NCBI GenBank assembly: GCA_963789105.1 | Contig: CAWBJI010000007.1 | Location: forward strand, 49,594 to 113,593 | DNA: 64,000 nucleotides | Source of the DNA: an uncultured Alphaproteobacteria bacterium | Lineage (GTDB): Bacteria; Pseudomonadota; Alphaproteobacteria; Rhodobacterales; Rhodobacteraceae | Reading direction: 5' to 3' | Shown here: piece by piece, positions 60,289-64,000 of the stretch | Layout of the letters: the number at the start of each line of letters is the position of its first letter | Position numbering within the stretch: position 1 is the first letter of the stretch | Made by a program: the position numbers and the translations under genes | The notes under the pieces: model-generated | Told to the model about the DNA's origin: nothing | What the model saw: the letters and a program-made list of their open reading frames with translations, nothing else | Database searches by the model: none

Positions 60289-60857
60289 GGCCAGAGCGTC
60301 CAGACGCCCCAGAGCGCCGCCGCGAAGGCCGCCCAGGCCAGCGCCATCACCCGCCCGTCCCGCACCAGAAGCGCCAGCCCGAACAGGACGATGGTGCCCA
60401 TCGGGATCGAGGAGGCGAAAGGGATCAGCTCCAGCGGCGGCACCGTGCAGCACAGGGCGAGGATCGCCAGCGCCGCGATCCGCGCCACCCGCCCGTCGAC
60501 CAGGACCGTCAGGTGCCTGCCCAGATGCCGGTCCGACCATCGCGCCGCCCCTTCGAGCTTGTCCGCGGCCGATTCCAGCTTGCCCGCATCCACCGTTCGC
60601 TTCCCGATCAGTTCGGGCAGCCACATATCCTCCCGCCCGATCAACACCTGCACCGCGAAGATCGCGACGATCGTGGCGAGCACCGTCGGCACCCCGGGAA
60701 TGGCCCCGATCGGCGTCAATTCCAGCGCCGCCGGGATCATCAGCAGCGCGCCGATGGAGCGGTGGCCCAGATGGTCGTTGATCGTGTCGATGCTCACGTC
60801 CCCCGGCGCCTGCGCGGAGTCGCGCAGGGCGCGCGTGACGTCGGTGGCTTTGGTCAT
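60285..60857 (-). CDS. exoD: exopolysaccharide synthesis ExoD family membrane protein
   Basis: ATG 60857. RSIGALLMIPAALELTPIGAIPGVPT and LWLPE-type motif (MWLPELI). Confidence 0.75.
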   Translation of the reverse strand: MTKATDVTRALRDSAQAPGDVSIDTINDHLGHRSIGALLMIPAALELTPIGAIPGVPTVLATIVAIFAVQVLIGREDMWLPELIGKRTVDAGKLESAADKLEGAARWSDRHLGRHLTVLVDGRVARIAALAILALCCTVPPLELIPFASSIPMGTIVLFGLALLVRDGRVMALAWAAFAAALWGVWTLWP

Positions 60858-61014
60858 GTCGCATGCGCTCGCTTCGGGGGCTGGCGGGACCCGCCATGGC
60901 CGGTGAACGCACGGGGCGGTCCCGGAGTTCACCGGAGCACCGATCGAGCGGATTCGGCCTTGATCGCGACGGTCGGAGGGTGTCTGCATACGCTTGCACC
61001 AGCCGGAGCGCCCC

Positions 61015-61770
61015 ATGGTCCTTCCCCGAACCCCGTCCTTCCGCCTCGACGGCAAACGCGCCTTCGTGCCCGGGGGGACCCGGGGGATCGGCCTCGGCTG
61101 TGCCGTGGCGCTGGCCGAGGCGGGGGCGGAGGTGACCGTCGCCGCCCGCAGCTCCGACGGCGTGGCCACGGCGGTCGATGCGCTGGGCGAGGCGGGTTTC
61201 GCCGCCCGGGGCGCCGTCCTCGACGTGGCCGATCTCGACGCCGTCGATGCCGTCCTGGCCGAACACGGGCCGTTCGACATCCTCTGCAACTCCGCCGGGG
61301 TCGCGCGCCACGGCCCCTCCGCCGACACCACGCCGGAGGATTTCGACGCGGTCGCGGGCATCAACCTGCGCGCCGCTTATTTCCTCGCGCAGAAGGTCGC
61401 GGCGGGCATGGCGCATGGCGGCTCCATCATCCAGGTCTCCAGCCAGATGGGCCATGTCGGCGGCGTCGACCGGGCCGTCTATTGCGCGACGAAGCACGGG
61501 GTCGAGGGCATGACCAAGGCCATGGCCATCGAATGGGGACCGCGCGACATCCGGGTAAACACGCTGTGCCCGACCTTCATCCGCACGCCCCTGACCGAGG
61601 CGACGTTCAACGACCCGGTCCGCCGCGCCTGGATCGACGAGAAGATCAAGCTTCCACGCGTGGGCGAGGTGGAGGATATCATGGGCGCGGTCCTGTTTCT
61701 CGCCTCCGACGCCTCCGCCATGGTGACGGGCACCTCGATCCTGGTCGACGGCGGCTGGACCGCGGGCTGA
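61015..61770 (+). CDS. SDR family oxidoreductase
   Basis: GGTRGIG cofactor motif and the YCATKHG catalytic YxxxK. Confidence 0.9.
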   Translation: MVLPRTPSFRLDGKRAFVPGGTRGIGLGCAVALAEAGAEVTVAARSSDGVATAVDALGEAGFAARGAVLDVADLDAVDAVLAEHGPFDILCNSAGVARHGPSADTTPEDFDAVAGINLRAAYFLAQKVAAGMAHGGSIIQVSSQMGHVGGVDRAVYCATKHGVEGMTKAMAIEWGPRDIRVNTLCPTFIRTPLTEATFNDPVRRAWIDEKIKLPRVGEVEDIMGAVLFLASDASAMVTGTSILVDGGWTAG

Positions 61771-62789
61771 TGGCGCGCCGCATCACCTCCCAGGACGTCG
61801 CCCGCGAGGCCGGGGTCAGCCAGTCCGCCGTCAGCCGGGTCTATACCGCAGGCGCCTCCGTCAGCCCCGCGATGGAGGCCCGCGTCCGCACCGCCGCCGC
61901 CGCCCTCGGCTACCGCCCCAACGTCCTCGCGCGCAGCCTCATCACCGGGCGCTCGCGGATCATCGGGCTGGTGGTGGCCTATCTCGACAACCCGTTCTTC
62001 GCCGATGCCGTCGAAAAGCTCAGCCATGCGCTTCAGGCGCAGGGCTATCACCTCCTGATGTTCACGGTCGGCAATTCCGGCGCCGATCTCGACCGGGTGG
62101 TGGACGAGCTGATGGATTATCAGGTCGACGGCCTCATCGCGGCCTCCGTGGATCTGTCGGGCGATCTGGTCCGGCGCTGCGCCAGTGCTGGCCTGCCGGT
62201 CGTGCTCTTCAACCGCGGGATCGACGGGTCCGGCCTGTCGGCGATCACCTCGGCGAACCGGCTCGGCGGACGCGGTGCGGCGGAGTTCCTGCTTGCCGGC
62301 GGACACCAGAGCATCGCCCAGATCACCGGCTGGCAGGGATCCTCTACCGGGCGCGACCGGGCCGAGGGGTTCCGCGATGCCCTCCGCGCCGCCGGGACGG
62401 ACGTGCATGCGGAGGCGGACGGTGCCTACCGTCGCGCCGTGGCCTGCGAACGGGTGCGCGAGATGATGGACCGGCCCGACCCGCCGGACGCGATCTTCGT
62501 GGGCAACGACTACATGGCGCTCGCGGTGATGGACGTCCTGCGCTCCGATCTGGGCGTCTCGATCCCGGACGAGGTCAGCGTGATCGGCTATGACGACATC
62601 TCCATCGCCGCCTGGCCCGCCTACGACCTCACGACCATCCGCCAGCCGGTCCGCCGGATGATCTCCGCCACCGTGGCCGAGATCCTCGCCCGGATCGAGA
62701 CCCCCGGCCGCCACCCGCAGCGGATCGAGATCGAGGGACCGCTCGTCGTGCGCGGCTCCGCCCGCCTGCCCGAAGGACAGACCCGATGA
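61770..62789 (+). CDS. LacI family transcriptional regulator
   Basis: HTH ITSQDVAREAGVSQSAVSRV. Periplasmic-binding-fold effector domain. The ATG overlaps the SDR stop. Confidence 0.9.
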   Translation: MARRITSQDVAREAGVSQSAVSRVYTAGASVSPAMEARVRTAAAALGYRPNVLARSLITGRSRIIGLVVAYLDNPFFADAVEKLSHALQAQGYHLLMFTVGNSGADLDRVVDELMDYQVDGLIAASVDLSGDLVRRCASAGLPVVLFNRGIDGSGLSAITSANRLGGRGAAEFLLAGGHQSIAQITGWQGSSTGRDRAEGFRDALRAAGTDVHAEADGAYRRAVACERVREMMDRPDPPDAIFVGNDYMALAVMDVLRSDLGVSIPDEVSVIGYDDISIAAWPAYDLTTIRQPVRRMISATVAEILARIETPGRHPQRIEIEGPLVVRGSARLPEGQTR

Positions 62790-63766
62790 CGTTCAACAAC
62801 CGCTGGAAGGACCTGCCCGACTACATCATCGGCATCACCAAGGAGATCTGGGAGGATCGCGGCATCGCCACCCTCCACGATTACTACGCGCCCGAGATCG
62901 TGGTCCGCTCCCCCGGCTCCGTCGTCGTGGGCAACCGGCCGGTTATGGGCGCCACGCTTGCGACCCTGGCCGAGTTCCCCGACCGCACCCTTCTGGGCGA
63001 GGACGTCATCTGGTCCGGCGATCCGGAGACCGGCCACCTGTCGTCTCACCGCCTGCTCTCCACCGCGACCCATACCGGCGATGGCGTCTATGGCCGGGCG
63101 ACGGGCACACGCCTGACCTACCGGATCATCGCCGATTGCCATGTGGACGGGTCGGTCATCGACGACGAATGGCTGATCCGGGATCAGGGCGCCATCGTGC
63201 GCCAGCTGGGACAGACGCCCGAGACCTACGCTGCCGACCTCATCGCGCGGGAGGGCGGGCCCGCGGCGGCGGTCAAGCCGCTGACCCCCGAGACCGATCG
63301 GGCCGGACCCTATACGGGAAGCGGAAACGACGACCAATGGGGCGCGCGCCTGGCCGAGATGCTGACCCGTATCCTTTCCGCCGACCTGCGCGTCATTCCC
63401 GAGACCTACGACCGCGCGGCGCAGCTCGAATATCCCGGCGGCGTCACGGCCCACAGCCATGGCGGTGTCGATCGCTTCTGGACCCCGCTGCGCGCCGCCT
63501 TTCCCACCGCCGAACTGACCCTCCACCACGTCATCGGGCGCGACGATCCGATGATGCCGCCCCGCGCCGCCGTGCGCTGGTCCCTCTGGGGGCGGCATTC
63601 CGGCTGGGGCGGCTTCGGGGTGCCCACCGGCGCGATGGTCTACATCCTCGGGATCACCCATGCCGAATTCGGTCCCTGGGGCCCCGAAGGCTGGAGCATC
63701 CGCCGCGAATGGACGCTCTATGACGAGACCGCGATCTGGAAGCAGATCCATCTCGGCGCCGCCTGA
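62786..63766 (+). CDS. two-domain NTF2/SnoaL-like (ester cyclase-like) protein
   Basis: 326 aa. ATGA overlap with the lacI-family stop. IADCHVDGSVIDDEWLIRD and SIRREWTLYDE end the two halves. Confidence 0.55.
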   Translation: MTFNNRWKDLPDYIIGITKEIWEDRGIATLHDYYAPEIVVRSPGSVVVGNRPVMGATLATLAEFPDRTLLGEDVIWSGDPETGHLSSHRLLSTATHTGDGVYGRATGTRLTYRIIADCHVDGSVIDDEWLIRDQGAIVRQLGQTPETYAADLIAREGGPAAAVKPLTPETDRAGPYTGSGNDDQWGARLAEMLTRILSADLRVIPETYDRAAQLEYPGGVTAHSHGGVDRFWTPLRAAFPTAELTLHHVIGRDDPMMPPRAAVRWSLWGRHSGWGGFGVPTGAMVYILGITHAEFGPWGPEGWSIRREWTLYDETAIWKQIHLGAA

Positions 63767-63806
63767 CAGTCCCGATGCCCGCCGCCCGACCCCCCGGAGG
63801 AACCCC

Positions 63807-64000
63807 ATGACAGCCGCTCCCACCATCGTCCGTTACGGCGAGCTCAAGCCCTGCAAGACCGCCTTCATCGACGCCCACACCCCCGGCTCGAACCAGAAGG
63901 AGAACTTCACGATCATCGGCGGCGGCGTCTCCGAATCCGCCGATCAGCACGTCCATATCGCCAGCCCCCACGGCTTCAACATCGGCGCCGCGGGCCAGCC
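63807..64000 (+). CDS. hypothetical protein, N-terminal 64 aa (3' end outside window), possibly cupin-like
   Basis: ATG 63807 after GGAGGA. Open to the window end, so absent from the ORF track. MTAAPTIVRYGELKPCKTAFIDAHTPGS... Confidence 0.5.
   Translation, partial: MTAAPTIVRYGELKPCKTAFIDAHTPGSNQKENFTIIGGGVSESADQHVHIASPHGFNIGAAGQ

Overview
High-GC (about 65%) alphaproteobacterial chromosome segment. The VPLPA-CTERM sorting signal, TRAP transporter and imelysin iron cluster suggest Rhodobacterales. About 65 genes and one tRNA-Ser(UGA) are supported. Contents are mostly metabolic and transport genes: lipA, speB, c-type cytochromes, a DMGDH-like enzyme, TRAP DctPQM, an HpaB/NadX/3-hydroxyanthranilate dioxygenase locus, an iron island, a CoxMSL-type molybdenum hydroxylase with a BKACE enzyme, GAPDH-ArsJ, ynjF-ynjBCD homologues, a methyl-THF/corrinoid-reactivation operon, ppx, rlmE, and a LacI-controlled locus with tandem NTF2/SnoaL proteins. 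I found no CRISPR array, transposase, integrase, phage genes or recognisable defence system, and no convincing wholly new system. The main observations: (1) seven disrupted genes, all in the first 40 kb: five single-base frameshifts, one heavily decayed AceE-like E1 gene and one methyltransferase remnant; (2) an interrupted iron island with two uncharacterised paralogous proteins, an unlisted small ORF coupled to hemP, and two sharp palindromic candidate operators (Irr ICE-like and TGA-N9-TCA); (3) several catabolic clusters with unassigned substrates. All family calls come from reading motifs by eye, with no database search.
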